From Janthinobacterium sp. (GTDB taxonomy: Bacteria > Pseudomonadota > Gammaproteobacteria > Burkholderiales > Burkholderiaceae_D), in assembly GCF_031995485.1 (NCBI RefSeq), contig NZ_DAMAGB010000003.1:133252-197251 (forward strand): a stretch of 64,000 nt of DNA, written 5' to 3'. The notes beneath the pieces are model-generated. The model searched no databases. It was not told the DNA's origin and was given only the letters and a program-made list of their open reading frames with translations. This document shows positions 19,898 through 30,232 of this stretch, piece after piece (the first letter of the stretch is position 1; every line of letters begins with the position of its first letter). Both the position numbers and the translations under genes were made by a program.

Positions 19898-21067
19898 TTA
19901 AGCTTGACCGGCAGCAGCGGCAACGACGCTCTTGGCTGCATCTTCCATGGTGTCGGCTGCGATGATAGGCAGACCGGAATCGGCCAGCATCTTTTTGCCC
20001 AGGTCTTCGTTGGTGCCCTTCATGCGCACCACCAGCGGGACGTTCAGCGACACGGCTTTCACCGCGGCGATCACGCCTTCGGCGATCACGTCGCAACGCA
20101 TGATGCCGCCGAAAATGTTGACCAGGATGGCTTTCAGGCCTGGATTTTTCAACATGATCTTGAACGCTTCGGTCACTTTTTCTGCCGTGGCGCCGCCGCC
20201 GACGTCCAGGAAGTTGGCTGGCTCGCCGCCGAACAGTTTGATGGTGTCCATGGTGGCCATGGCCAGGCCGGCACCGTTCACCAGGCAGCCGATATTGCCG
20301 TCGAGCGAAATGTAGGCCAGGTCGAATTTCGACGCTTCGATTTCAGCTGGATCTTCTTCGTCCAGATCGCGCAGGGCGGTGATCTCTGGATGACGGAACA
20401 GGGCGTTCGGGTCGAAGTTGAACTTGGCGTCCAGGGCGATGACTTTGCCGCTGCCGGTGACGATCAGCGGGTTGATCTCGGCCAGCGAGCAGTCGGTTTC
20501 CCAGTAGGCTTTGTACAGGCCTTGCAGGTTGACGCGCGCGTCGGCGATGGAACCGGCAGGCACGCCGATTTTGGTCGCGATGTCGTCTGCCTGGGCATCG
20601 GTCAGGCCAACGCTCGGCTCGATCGTGACGTGGTGGATCTTCTCAGGGTGGCTCTCGGCCACTTCTTCGATGTCCATGCCGCCTTCGGAGGATGCCATCA
20701 GGACGATTTTCTGGGTCACGCGGTCGGTGACCAGCGACACGTACAGTTCCTGTTTGATGTCGGCGCCTTCTTCCACCAGCAGGCGGTTGACTTTCTGGCC
20801 TTCGGCGCTGGTCTGGTGCGTGATCAGCTGCATGCCCATGATCTGGTCAGCGTATTCCTTGACCTGTTCGATCGATTTTGCCACTTTCACGCCGCCGCCC
20901 TTGCCGCGGCCACCTGCGTGGATCTGCGCCTTGACGACCCACACCGGGCCGCCCAGCGTTTCCGCAGCCTTGACGGCCTCGTCGACGGACATGCACGCGA
21001 TACCGCGTGGTACCGTCACTCCGAATTGCCGGAGGATTTCTTTGGCTTGATACTCATGGATTTTCAT
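19898..21067 (-). CDS. sucC: ADP-forming succinate--CoA ligase subunit beta
   Basis: [11 protein letters not shown]-terminus, ATP-grasp fold, GGIMRCD motif. Confidence 0.97.
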   Translation of the reverse strand: MKIHEYQAKEILRQFGVTVPRGIACMSVDEAVKAAETLGGPVWVVKAQIHAGGRGKGGGVKVAKSIEQVKEYADQIMGMQLITHQTSAEGQKVNRLLVEEGADIKQELYVSLVTDRVTQKIVLMASSEGGMDIEEVAESHPEKIHHVTIEPSVGLTDAQADDIATKIGVPAGSIADARVNLQGLYKAYWETDCSLAEINPLIVTGSGKVIALDAKFNFDPNALFRHPEITALRDLDEEDPAEIEASKFDLAYISLDGNIGCLVNGAGLAMATMDTIKLFGGEPANFLDVGGGATAEKVTEAFKIMLKNPGLKAILVNIFGGIMRCDVIAEGVIAAVKAVSLNVPLVVRMKGTNEDLGKKMLADSGLPIIAADTMEDAAKSVVAAAAGQA

Positions 21068-21143
21068 GCTGGCTTCCCTTCTGATACTGATTTGTAAAAA
21101 TACGGTTAGTGGTGCAAAAAAAACAGGAAAAACAGCGCCGGGA

Positions 21144-21704
21144 TCACGCTTTGGCTACCCAGCGCGGGTAATACTGTGCAACTGCCCCGCCATCGGTGCG
21201 CAGGGCGTGGCATTTGTCGAGTTGGAACGGCTTTTCATGCGGCAAATCAGCATTCGCACCGTCACGGGTCGACCAGACATCGCCGGCAAATGCCTGAACC
21301 GTCGCAGTCGGCAAGACTTGCGCCAGTTCGGTCAAATGGGTACAGCCGGCGATTCCCGCCAGGCGCTGTTTCAAGTCGCGGCGGAAATTCTTCAACAGGT
21401 TCAGACCGATCAGCGCCTGGTAAGCGGGGCTGATGGTATCGCAAAAGCCGGGATAGGGAACGGCATCGGAGGCAGCTTCGGCCTCGACAATGGTCAGCTC
21501 GCGATCAACGGTAATGCGCAAATGGAGGTCATGCAGGGGAGCGCCGGCGGGACGCGGGCCGGAGGCCAGGGTCGCATCGAACGATTTGATGTCGGTGATG
21601 CGGGCGTCAATATCCCACAGGCCGTCGTCGCGTACATACGCTTGGACGTCGATAACGCGGGTGTGCCGTAAGGCGCGCCGGGATACGGGAGTTGACAGGG
21701 GCAT
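21144..21704 (-). CDS. DUF2889 domain protein
   Basis: Conserved CTHLTEL motif and size. Position upstream of sucCD is as in other Burkholderiales (recalled, not searched). Confidence 0.75.
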   Translation of the reverse strand: MPLSTPVSRRALRHTRVIDVQAYVRDDGLWDIDARITDIKSFDATLASGPRPAGAPLHDLHLRITVDRELTIVEAEAASDAVPYPGFCDTISPAYQALIGLNLLKNFRRDLKQRLAGIAGCTHLTELAQVLPTATVQAFAGDVWSTRDGANADLPHEKPFQLDKCHALRTDGGAVAQYYPRWVAKA

Positions 21705-21992
21705 AGACCGATGCCGCTTGCGCGGCGTAATTTAGTAAGCAGCCATGTGCATAAAGCACGCCGTTCGCAGCTTCTACGAACAGCAACCGCACCTGCGGCG
21801 CCGCAAAAACCCTAAAAGTGTAGCACATTGCGCGCTGGTTGCGCCGCAACATAATTTTTCAGTGCTTAGTTAAAAACATTTCAAATTATAAATATAAAAC
21901 CATGACTTTCATAAAGTCATACACTTTGTGAATGATCGTTATCATGAGAGCCACGGTTCCTGCCGCCACCTCGCCGACTTGTCGGACAGCGA

Positions 21993-23531
21993 TCAGTCAG
22001 CTATGCCCAGCGCCTGCAGGATCGGCAACACAGTATGGCGGAAGCTTTCCGCATGCACGGCCAGTTCGGCCAGGTTGTCTTCCTCGGTCGTCAATACCGT
22101 GCCGTTGCGGACCACGGTTTGCTGCAGTGCGCGGAAAGCCTGCCAGGCGAACCCCGCCCACGCATCCGGGGTCGGGTGTCCTTCCAGCCTGGCCAGCAGG
22201 AACAACTGTTGCAAATGCAACACACCGATGCCGCCGCCGGTCACCGGACTGGCCAGCGCGGCCAGGTCGTTACGCCCCAGCGCCTTGTCCAGCAGGTGCC
22301 GGTTCAGCCTGGCTGTCGCCGGCCGCGCCAGCGCGATCGCGGCGTCATCCTGCACCGGTGAAATGCAGGATTTGTGCGCCAGCACCAGCAGCATCTGCAG
22401 CAAATTGCCCAGTTCGGCCACATCGGCAGGCAAACGCTGTTGCAGCTCGCCTATCGTATGGGGCTGATAATCAGCCAGCACGTCCAGCAGCGGACCATAG
22501 ATGGCCTGGTCCATGTCTGCCTCGCCCAAGGCGCCCACCACCTTCATGGTGATATGCTCGATCGGCGCCACCAGCAGGACGCGCACGGCGCGCAGTGCGC
22601 CAGCCTGCTCATGGGCGGTCAGCTTGCGGGCGCCCTTGACCCAGTAATCCTGGCGGAACTGGCGGTTGACGATAAAGTCGGCAGTGTTCTCGCGGAACGT
22701 GGGATCGGGAATCTGCGCCAGGAACGCCAGGTGTTCGGGTGTCAGATTGAGCGGCGCCACATGATCGGGATAGGCGGCCGAGCCGGCAAACTCGAGCTTG
22801 GCGGCAGCGAGCACCGGCTTGATGGCCGAAAACGACACCGGCTGCCAGTAATGATTGAAGTATTCGTGCGACAGGTAATTCGGATCCTGCTCGCCGATCT
22901 GCTGCAGGCGCACGGCAATGGTGGGATTGGCCTGCAGGTAGCGCGGCTTGGTTTCCATCATGCGATTGATGAAGGACAAGGCGCTGCCCACGCGCGTCAG
23001 CGAATCCTGCCCCGGCGCGCTCATGACGCGGCTATGCTGTTCCATCAGGTCGCGGATCGGCGCCATCGCCGCCCAGCCTGCCTGCGTGTTGTAGCTGATA
23101 TACACCACGCCGCCCGGCTTGAGCTTGCGCGCCAGGAAGTCGGCGATATGCGCCTGGTTTTCCGGCGAGATCCAGCTCCAGATACCGTGCAGGGCGATGA
23201 AATCGAAGTCAGGCAGGTCGCTGCGGGCGCAAAAATCCTGGAACGATTGTTCCGACAGCATCGCGCCATTGCCGGAGGCCTCGGCCAGTTCCTGCGCAAA
23301 GGCAGTCTGGGCCGGATTGAAATCCGTGCCATGCCAGCGTACGCCTGATGCGGCGGCATGGATATTGACGGTCATGCCCTGGCCAAACCCGAGTTCACAT
23401 GCGGTGCCGACTCTGGGCGGCTGTATCCCCCAGCTCAGCAGCAGCAACTGCGTGCGCAAGGGGTTCAACTCCGTGTAATAGCCGTAGGTGTATGCGGTTT
23501 CGGCGGTGTAGCCGGCATGCCAGTTGCTCAT
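21993..23531 (-). CDS. class I SAM-dependent methyltransferase with C-terminal methyltransferase-regulatory domain
   Basis: ELGFGQG (motif I GxGxG), LKPGGVVYISY (post-I/II), long alpha-helical C-terminal domain. Start uncertain (23531 or 23549). Confidence 0.8.
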   Translation of the reverse strand: MSNWHAGYTAETAYTYGYYTELNPLRTQLLLLSWGIQPPRVGTACELGFGQGMTVNIHAAASGVRWHGTDFNPAQTAFAQELAEASGNGAMLSEQSFQDFCARSDLPDFDFIALHGIWSWISPENQAHIADFLARKLKPGGVVYISYNTQAGWAAMAPIRDLMEQHSRVMSAPGQDSLTRVGSALSFINRMMETKPRYLQANPTIAVRLQQIGEQDPNYLSHEYFNHYWQPVSFSAIKPVLAAAKLEFAGSAAYPDHVAPLNLTPEHLAFLAQIPDPTFRENTADFIVNRQFRQDYWVKGARKLTAHEQAGALRAVRVLLVAPIEHITMKVVGALGEADMDQAIYGPLLDVLADYQPHTIGELQQRLPADVAELGNLLQMLLVLAHKSCISPVQDDAAIALARPATARLNRHLLDKALGRNDLAALASPVTGGGIGVLHLQQLFLLARLEGHPTPDAWAGFAWQAFRALQQTVVRNGTVLTTEEDNLAELAVHAESFRHTVLPILQALGIAD

Positions 23532-23623
23532 CAGGTATCCGTATCCCATGTCAGAAGTGCCGGTGCGCACCATGCGCCACCGTGTATGGGCAGAATAACT
23601 GATCCTTGCATGCAAGTTAACAA

Positions 23624-24082
23624 TTATTCCCCGTCCTCCGGCTCCAGGCCCTTGATGGCCACTTGCACCGCGCGCTGCGAGAAGCCGCGCTGCATCAAAA
23701 AACGCATCTGCTTGCTGCGCTGTTCGGCGTCCGTTGCCACGGTGCCGAACTTGCGGCGCCAGACTTCGCAGGCACGCTCGGTTTCGCCTTCGGCCAGGCC
23801 GGCCTTCAGTTCCTGCAGCGCCTCGCCGGCGATACCGTGGCTTTGCAGCTCGGCCATGATGCGGCTGTTGCCGAAACGGGCCGAGCGGCGATGGATCAGC
23901 GACTCGGAAAAGCGTTCCTGCGACAGCCAGTTGGCCTGCTCCAGGCTGTCGAGCAAGGCTTCGACGTCGTCGCCCTCCTCCGCATGGCGCTGCAGCTTGC
24001 GCCGCAATTCCATGCGGCTGTGCTCGCGCATCGACAGAAAGCGCAGCGCCCTGCCCTTCAGGCTTAATTGCACTTTGGCCAT
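23624..24082 (-). CDS. recX: recombination regulator RecX
   Basis: [19 protein letters not shown] repeats. Downstream of recA. SD AAGGTGG before ATG 24082. Confidence 0.9.
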   Translation of the reverse strand: MAKVQLSLKGRALRFLSMREHSRMELRRKLQRHAEEGDDVEALLDSLEQANWLSQERFSESLIHRRSARFGNSRIMAELQSHGIAGEALQELKAGLAEGETERACEVWRRKFGTVATDAEQRSKQMRFLMQRGFSQRAVQVAIKGLEPEDGE

Positions 24083-24124
24083 ATACCCACCTTGTTTCTG
24101 ATTGAACTGTGACTGCGATCCAAA

Positions 24125-24166
24125 CACAATCGCCGCCCGGCGCATTGGCGCGAGGCGGCGATTGTG
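24125..24166 (-). terminator. 13-bp-stem hairpin between recA and recX (partial terminator)
   Basis: CACAATCGCCGCC ... GGCGGCGATTGTG, followed on the minus strand by TTTGG. Confidence 0.55.
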
Positions 24167-24191
24167 GTACTGCGTCTTGCGCGTATGGTGC

Positions 24192-24285
24192 GTAGGTCGG
24201 ATTAGGCCCTTCGGGCCGTAATCCGGCAACATTGTCAGCGCCGGTGGTGATGTCGGATTACGCGCGAAGCGCCAATCCGACCTGC
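24192..24285. repeat. REP/BIME-like pair: two inverted copies of a GTAGGTCGGATT...TAATCCGAC palindromic unit
   Basis: Unit A 24192-24228 (GTAGGTCGGATTAGGCCCTTCGGGCCGTAATCCGGCA). Unit B 24252-24285 is the reverse complement of GCAGGTCGGATTGGCGCTTCGCGCGTAATCCGAC. Confidence 0.8.
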
Positions 24286-24291
24286 TCCGCC

Positions 24292-25383
<1,092 letters not shown>

Positions 25384-25437
25384 TTTGTTCTTTCAGCCCG
25401 AACTGGCGCGTGGGGGGGTTAAATTCATCACAGACAC

Positions 25438-25457
25438 TACTGTATAAAAAAACAGTG
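25438..25457. promoter_or_regulatory. LexA (SOS) box upstream of recA
   Basis: TACTGTATAAAAAAACAGTG (CTGT-N8-ACAG), 55 nt upstream of the recA ATG. Confidence 0.9.
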
Positions 25458-25588
25458 CTTAATGCAAGCGGAACGTGCGTTTGAATTGAAACAGATCATT
25501 ACAAAGCGGGTTTTTCATAAATATTCGCCACCTTGCGCAAAATGAAACACAATACACACTTCTGATGTCGCAAGCTTAGGAATCTGCC

Positions 25589-26296
25589 ATGCGTATTTTA
25601 CTTGCCGAAGATGACAGCGTGCTGGCCGACGGGCTGACCCGCTCGCTGCGCCAGTCCGGCTATGCCATCGACTGCGTCAAGAATGGCCAGGAAGCCGACA
25701 CGGCCCTGTCTACCCAGGAATTCGACCTGCTGATTCTCGACCTGGGCTTGCCCAAGCTGAGCGGCCTGGAAGTGCTGCGCCGCCTGCGCGCCCGCGCTTC
25801 CTTGCTGCCGGTGCTGATCCTGACGGCCGCCGATTCCATCGAACAACGCGTCAACGGCCTCGATCTCGGTGCCGATGATTATATGGCCAAGCCGTTCGCC
25901 TTGTCGGAACTGGAGGCAAGAGTGCGCGCCCTGACCCGCCGCGGCGCCGGCGGCGGCGCCACCGTCATCAAGCACGGTCCGCTCAGCTATGACCAGGTGG
26001 GCCGCAGCGCCTATATCAACGAGCAGATGATCGACCTGTCGGCGCGCGAACTGGGCCTGCTGGAAATCCTGCTGGGCCGCACCGGCCGCCTCGTTTCCAA
26101 AGAGCAACTGGTGGACCACCTGTGCGAATGGGGCGAAGAGGTATCGAACAACGCCATCGAGGTGTATGTGCACCGGCTGCGCAAGAAGATTGAAGTGGGC
26201 GGCGTGCGCATCGCCACCGTGCGCGGCCTCGGCTACTGCCTGGAAAAATATTCGGAAGCGCGCGTCAACGCCGAGACTGGCGACGCGGCCAAGTGA
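25589..26296 (+). CDS. OmpR-family response regulator (TctD/QseB-like)
   Basis: Receiver domain (DLLILDLGLP, KPF) plus winged-helix (RGLGYCL). Confidence 0.9.
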   Translation: MRILLAEDDSVLADGLTRSLRQSGYAIDCVKNGQEADTALSTQEFDLLILDLGLPKLSGLEVLRRLRARASLLPVLILTAADSIEQRVNGLDLGADDYMAKPFALSELEARVRALTRRGAGGGATVIKHGPLSYDQVGRSAYINEQMIDLSARELGLLEILLGRTGRLVSKEQLVDHLCEWGEEVSNNAIEVYVHRLRKKIEVGGVRIATVRGLGYCLEKYSEARVNAETGDAAK

Positions 26297-27831
26297 AGCC
26301 GCGCGCTGCGCCAGCCGACGAGGTGGCGGACGACGACTGGTACGAGCCGCCCACCAGCGAGCAGGACGAGACCATCCAGCATTCGCTGTTCGGCGAAATC
26401 CTCGACTGGATGCTGGCGCCGCTGCTGCTGCTGTGGCCGATGAGCATCGCCATCACCTATCTGGTGGCCAAGGGCATCGCCAACCAGCCGTTCGACCACG
26501 CGCTGGAAGACAATGTCACCATGCTGGTGCAGCAATTCAAGCAGACCGATGGCGCGCAAGCCGGCCCCGCGCCCGGGCAAGGCAAATCGGCGCGCGACAT
26601 GCTGCGCGGCGACGATGTCGACGCCGTGTATTACCTGGTGCTCGACCAGCAGGGCCGCTATGTCACGGGCGACCGCGACCTGCCGCCGCCGCAGGATGCC
26701 GAGCGCTACCGCAGCGGCATGGTGCTGTTTCGCAACGACAATGTACATGGCACGCCCGTGCGCGTGGCCTTTTCGTATATCGACACGCCCGATGCGGCCG
26801 CGGATGCCGGCGATGACGGCCGTGCGCTGGTGCAGGTGGCCGAGACGCTGGAAAAGCGTGCCCAGCTGGCCAACGAAATCATCAAGGGCGTGATCCTGCC
26901 GCAGTTCATCATCCTGCCGATCATCCTGGCGCTGGTCTGGTTTGCGCTGGCGCGCGGCTTGTCGCCGCTGGCGCAATTGCAGGAACGCATACGCGCGCGC
27001 CCGCCCGACGATCTGTCGCCGATCGACTCGGGCCAGGTACCCGAAGAAATCACGCCGCTGGTCGGCTCGCTCAACGACATGCTGTCGCGCCTGTCGCTGT
27101 CGATCGACATGCAGAAGCGCTTTATTGCCGACGCCGCGCACCAGATGAAAACGCCGCTGGCCGGCATGCGCATGCAGTCCGAACTGGCCCTGCGCCAGAC
27201 CGACCAGGACGAAATCCACCGTTCGCTGCTGCAGCTGGCGAAAAGCTCGGAGGCGGCCACGCGCCTGGTCAACCAGCTGCTGGCGCTGGCGCGCGCGGAA
27301 AACCAGCCGCAGGCAGGCACCGCCTTCGAGGCCATCGAACTGAGCGAGCTGGCGCGCGCCGTGGTGCACGACTGGGTACAAGCCTCGTTTGCCCATCAGA
27401 TCGACCTGGGTTTCGAGCAGCCCGCGCATCCGGTCATGATTTCCGGCAATTCCATGATGCTGCGCGAACTGCTGGGCAACCTGATCGACAATGCGCTGCG
27501 CTACACGCCGCTTGGGGGCAGCGTGACGGTGCGCGTGCGCGCCACGCCGGACATGGCGATCCTGGAAGTGGAAGACACCGGGCCCGGCATCCCGCAAGCC
27601 GAGCGCGCCCACGTGTTCGAACGGTTTTACCGCATTCTTGGCAGCAATGTCGACGGCAGCGGCCTGGGCCTGGCGATCGTGCGCGAAATCGCCCAGCAGC
27701 ACGGCGCCGACGTTGATATCTTCAACAATCCGCGCGCGCAGACGCCGAAATGGCCGGGCACCCTGCTGCGCCTGTCGATCGCCCTGCTGCCGCCGGAAGC
27801 ACCGCACGAGGACGACATCACGTATGGGTAA
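26293..27831 (+). CDS. sensor histidine kinase (TctE-like N-terminal sensor domain)
   Basis: H-box FIADAAHQMKTPLA, N/G boxes NLIDNALRYTP and DTGPGIP. GTG start overlaps the regulator stop (GTGA). Confidence 0.88.
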   Translation: MKPRAAPADEVADDDWYEPPTSEQDETIQHSLFGEILDWMLAPLLLLWPMSIAITYLVAKGIANQPFDHALEDNVTMLVQQFKQTDGAQAGPAPGQGKSARDMLRGDDVDAVYYLVLDQQGRYVTGDRDLPPPQDAERYRSGMVLFRNDNVHGTPVRVAFSYIDTPDAAADAGDDGRALVQVAETLEKRAQLANEIIKGVILPQFIILPIILALVWFALARGLSPLAQLQERIRARPPDDLSPIDSGQVPEEITPLVGSLNDMLSRLSLSIDMQKRFIADAAHQMKTPLAGMRMQSELALRQTDQDEIHRSLLQLAKSSEAATRLVNQLLALARAENQPQAGTAFEAIELSELARAVVHDWVQASFAHQIDLGFEQPAHPVMISGNSMMLRELLGNLIDNALRYTPLGGSVTVRVRATPDMAILEVEDTGPGIPQAERAHVFERFYRILGSNVDGSGLGLAIVREIAQQHGADVDIFNNPRAQTPKWPGTLLRLSIALLPPEAPHEDDITYG

Positions 27832-28117
27832 GCAACAACTGGCGCCGGACGCGCGCGCCATCCTGCTGACGCGCCGCGCCGCGCACTGGCAGGCCACGCA
27901 GCGCCTGACGATCGTCCTGCTGCTGGTGTGGCTGCTGACGGGTTTCCTGACCGTGTTTTATGCGCGCGAACTGCTGCACTTGCAGCTGTTCGGCTGGCCG
28001 CTGCCGTTCTACATGGCGGCCCAGGGCGCCTCGCTGGTGTACCTGGCCATCATCGGCTGCTATGCCTGGCGCATGCGCCGGCTCGACCAGCAGTTCCATG
28101 CCGGAGACGCACCATGA
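27824..28117 (+). CDS. DUF4212 small membrane protein (solute:sodium symporter small subunit)
   Basis: 97 aa, two helices, motif GWPLPFYMAAQGA. Overlaps the kinase stop and is ATGA-coupled to the symporter. Confidence 0.8.
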   Translation: MGKQQLAPDARAILLTRRAAHWQATQRLTIVLLLVWLLTGFLTVFYARELLHLQLFGWPLPFYMAAQGASLVYLAIIGCYAWRMRRLDQQFHAGDAP

Positions 28118-30177
28118 AGACCGGTACGACTGCGCAGCGCAGTTTCTTCCAGCGCCTGTGCCGCTACTATCTGCTGTTTGCCGCCGGCTTTGCCGCTTTT
28201 CTATTGGCGCTGACGGTGCTGGAACAGGAAGGCATGTCGCGCGTGTGGATCGGCTATCTGTTCATGTTTGCCACGATTACCCTGTATGCCACCATCGGCG
28301 TCATCAGCCGCACCTCGAACGTCACCGAATACTATGTGGCGGGGCGGCGCGTGCCGGCCCTGTTCAACGGCATGGCCACGGCCGCCGACTGGATCTCGGC
28401 GGCCAGCTTCATCAGCCTGGCCGGCGGCCTGTACCTGAACGGCTTCGACGGCCTGGCCTTCATCATGGGCTGGACCGGCGGCTACTGCCTGGTGTCGCTG
28501 CTGATCGCGCCCTACCTGCGCAAGTTCGGCCAGTACACGATTCCCGATTTCCTCGCCGCCCGCTATGCCGGCGGTATGGACGGACGTGGCGCGCCCGTGC
28601 GCGTGCTGGCCGTGGCCGCCACCATCGTGGTGTCGTTTACCTATGTGGTGGCGCAGATCTATGCGGTCGGCCTGATCGCCTCGCGCTTTACGGGTGTCGA
28701 TTTTTCGGTCGGCATCTTCTTGGGCCTGGCCAGCATCCTGGTCTGCTCGTTCCTGGGGGGCATGCGCGCCATTACCTGGACCCAGGTGGCGCAATACATC
28801 ATCATCGTGGTGGCCTTTCTGATTCCCGCCATGTGGCTGTCGGTCAAGCATGCCGACAATCCCGTGCCGCAGATTGCCTACGGCAAGGTGCTGACGCAGC
28901 TGAGCGCGCGCGAACAGGTGCTGAGCAGCGATCCGAAGGAACAGGAGGTGCGCGACATCTACGCCCAGCGCGCGCGCAACTACCAGGCCAGCCTCGATGG
29001 CCTGCCCGCCGCGTGGGACGAGGGCCGCCTGGCCATCCAGCGCCAGCTCGACATCCTGCGCAAGCGCAACGCTTCGCTGTTCGATATCCGCAATACCGAG
29101 CGCGCCCTGATCGCCTATCCGAAGAGTCCGGAAGAAGCGCGGCTGCAGTGGCAGGCCTCGCTGGCGCTCAACCTCAAGCGGGCCGAGCCGATCACGCCGC
29201 ATGCGCAGCCGTTTCCCGCACCCGACCGCGCGCAGTCCGATATCAAGCGCAACAATTTCCTGGCGCTGGTGTTCTGCATGATGCTGGGCACGGCCGCGCT
29301 GCCGCATATCCTGATGCGCTCATACACCACGCCATCCGTGCACGAAACGCGCGTCTCGGTGTTCTGGACCCTGTTCTTCATCCTGCTGATCTACCTGACG
29401 ATTCCCGCGCTGGCGGTGCTGGTCAAATACGATATCTATTCGGCCCTGGTCGGCACGCAATACGCGCACCTGCCCACCTGGGTCTCGTACTGGGCCAATG
29501 TCGACAAGCTCAGCCCCCTGATCAGCATCGTCGACGTCAACCGCGACGGCGTGGTGCAACTGGCGGAAATTGCCATCGACGCCGACGTGCTGGTGCTGGC
29601 CACGCCCGAGATCGCCGGCCTGCCCTACGTGATTTCCGGCCTGGTGGCGGCCGGCGGCCTGGCCGCCGCCCTGTCCACCGCCGACGGCCTGCTGCTGGCC
29701 ATTTCCAACGCGCTGTCGCACGACATCTATTACAAGGTGGTCGACCCGACCGCCTCGACGCAAAAACGCGTGACGATCTCCAAACTGCTGCTGCTGGCGG
29801 TGGCTTTTATCGCCGCCTATGCGGCGTCGCAAAAGCCGGCCGATATTCTGTCGCTGGTGGGCATCGCCTTTTCGCTGGCCGCCTCGACGCTGTTCCCGGC
29901 GCTGGTGCTGGGCGTGTTCTGGAAGCGTGCCAACCACCATGGCGCCGTGGCCGGCATGCTGGCCGGCTTTGGCGTGTGCCTGTACTACATGCTGCAGACC
30001 AGTCCGATGCTGGGCGGCGGGCCTGCCGGCCAGTGGTTCCATATCGCGCCGATCGCGGCCGGCATCTTCGGCATGCCGGCCGGCATGACGACGGCGGTCC
30101 TGGTCAGCCTGCTTACACCGGCACCCAACAGGCGCAGCAGCAGCGGACTGGTCGACCATATCCGGGCCCCGGAGTAG
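28114..30177 (+). CDS. sodium:solute symporter family permease (ActP/VC_2705-like large subunit)
   Basis: 687 aa from MKTGTTAQRS. Multiple TM helices, EYYVAGRRVP and AADWISAASFISLAG motifs, with a long cytoplasmic insert. Confidence 0.9.
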   Translation: MKTGTTAQRSFFQRLCRYYLLFAAGFAAFLLALTVLEQEGMSRVWIGYLFMFATITLYATIGVISRTSNVTEYYVAGRRVPALFNGMATAADWISAASFISLAGGLYLNGFDGLAFIMGWTGGYCLVSLLIAPYLRKFGQYTIPDFLAARYAGGMDGRGAPVRVLAVAATIVVSFTYVVAQIYAVGLIASRFTGVDFSVGIFLGLASILVCSFLGGMRAITWTQVAQYIIIVVAFLIPAMWLSVKHADNPVPQIAYGKVLTQLSAREQVLSSDPKEQEVRDIYAQRARNYQASLDGLPAAWDEGRLAIQRQLDILRKRNASLFDIRNTERALIAYPKSPEEARLQWQASLALNLKRAEPITPHAQPFPAPDRAQSDIKRNNFLALVFCMMLGTAALPHILMRSYTTPSVHETRVSVFWTLFFILLIYLTIPALAVLVKYDIYSALVGTQYAHLPTWVSYWANVDKLSPLISIVDVNRDGVVQLAEIAIDADVLVLATPEIAGLPYVISGLVAAGGLAAALSTADGLLLAISNALSHDIYYKVVDPTASTQKRVTISKLLLLAVAFIAAYAASQKPADILSLVGIAFSLAASTLFPALVLGVFWKRANHHGAVAGMLAGFGVCLYYMLQTSPMLGGGPAGQWFHIAPIAAGIFGMPAGMTTAVLVSLLTPAPNRRSSSGLVDHIRAPE

Positions 30178-30232
30178 CCAATAATTTATATATTTGATAA
30201 TATATATCTTTTTATCAATTCAAAAGGACACC

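Noticed and set aside
21931-21946. Fur-box-like sequence GAATGATCGTTATCAT in the AT-rich island
   Set aside because: Only the first hexamer matches the GATAATGATAATCATTATC consensus. No iron-related gene is adjacent. It is kept only as a generic palindrome within the AT-island finding.
30181-30232. TTGATAA…TTATCAA dyad upstream of the S9 peptidase gene as an FNR/CRP-type site
   Set aside because: The half-sites are 15 nt apart instead of the 4 nt (FNR) or 6 nt (CRP) spacing. This is most simply an AT-rich promoter.
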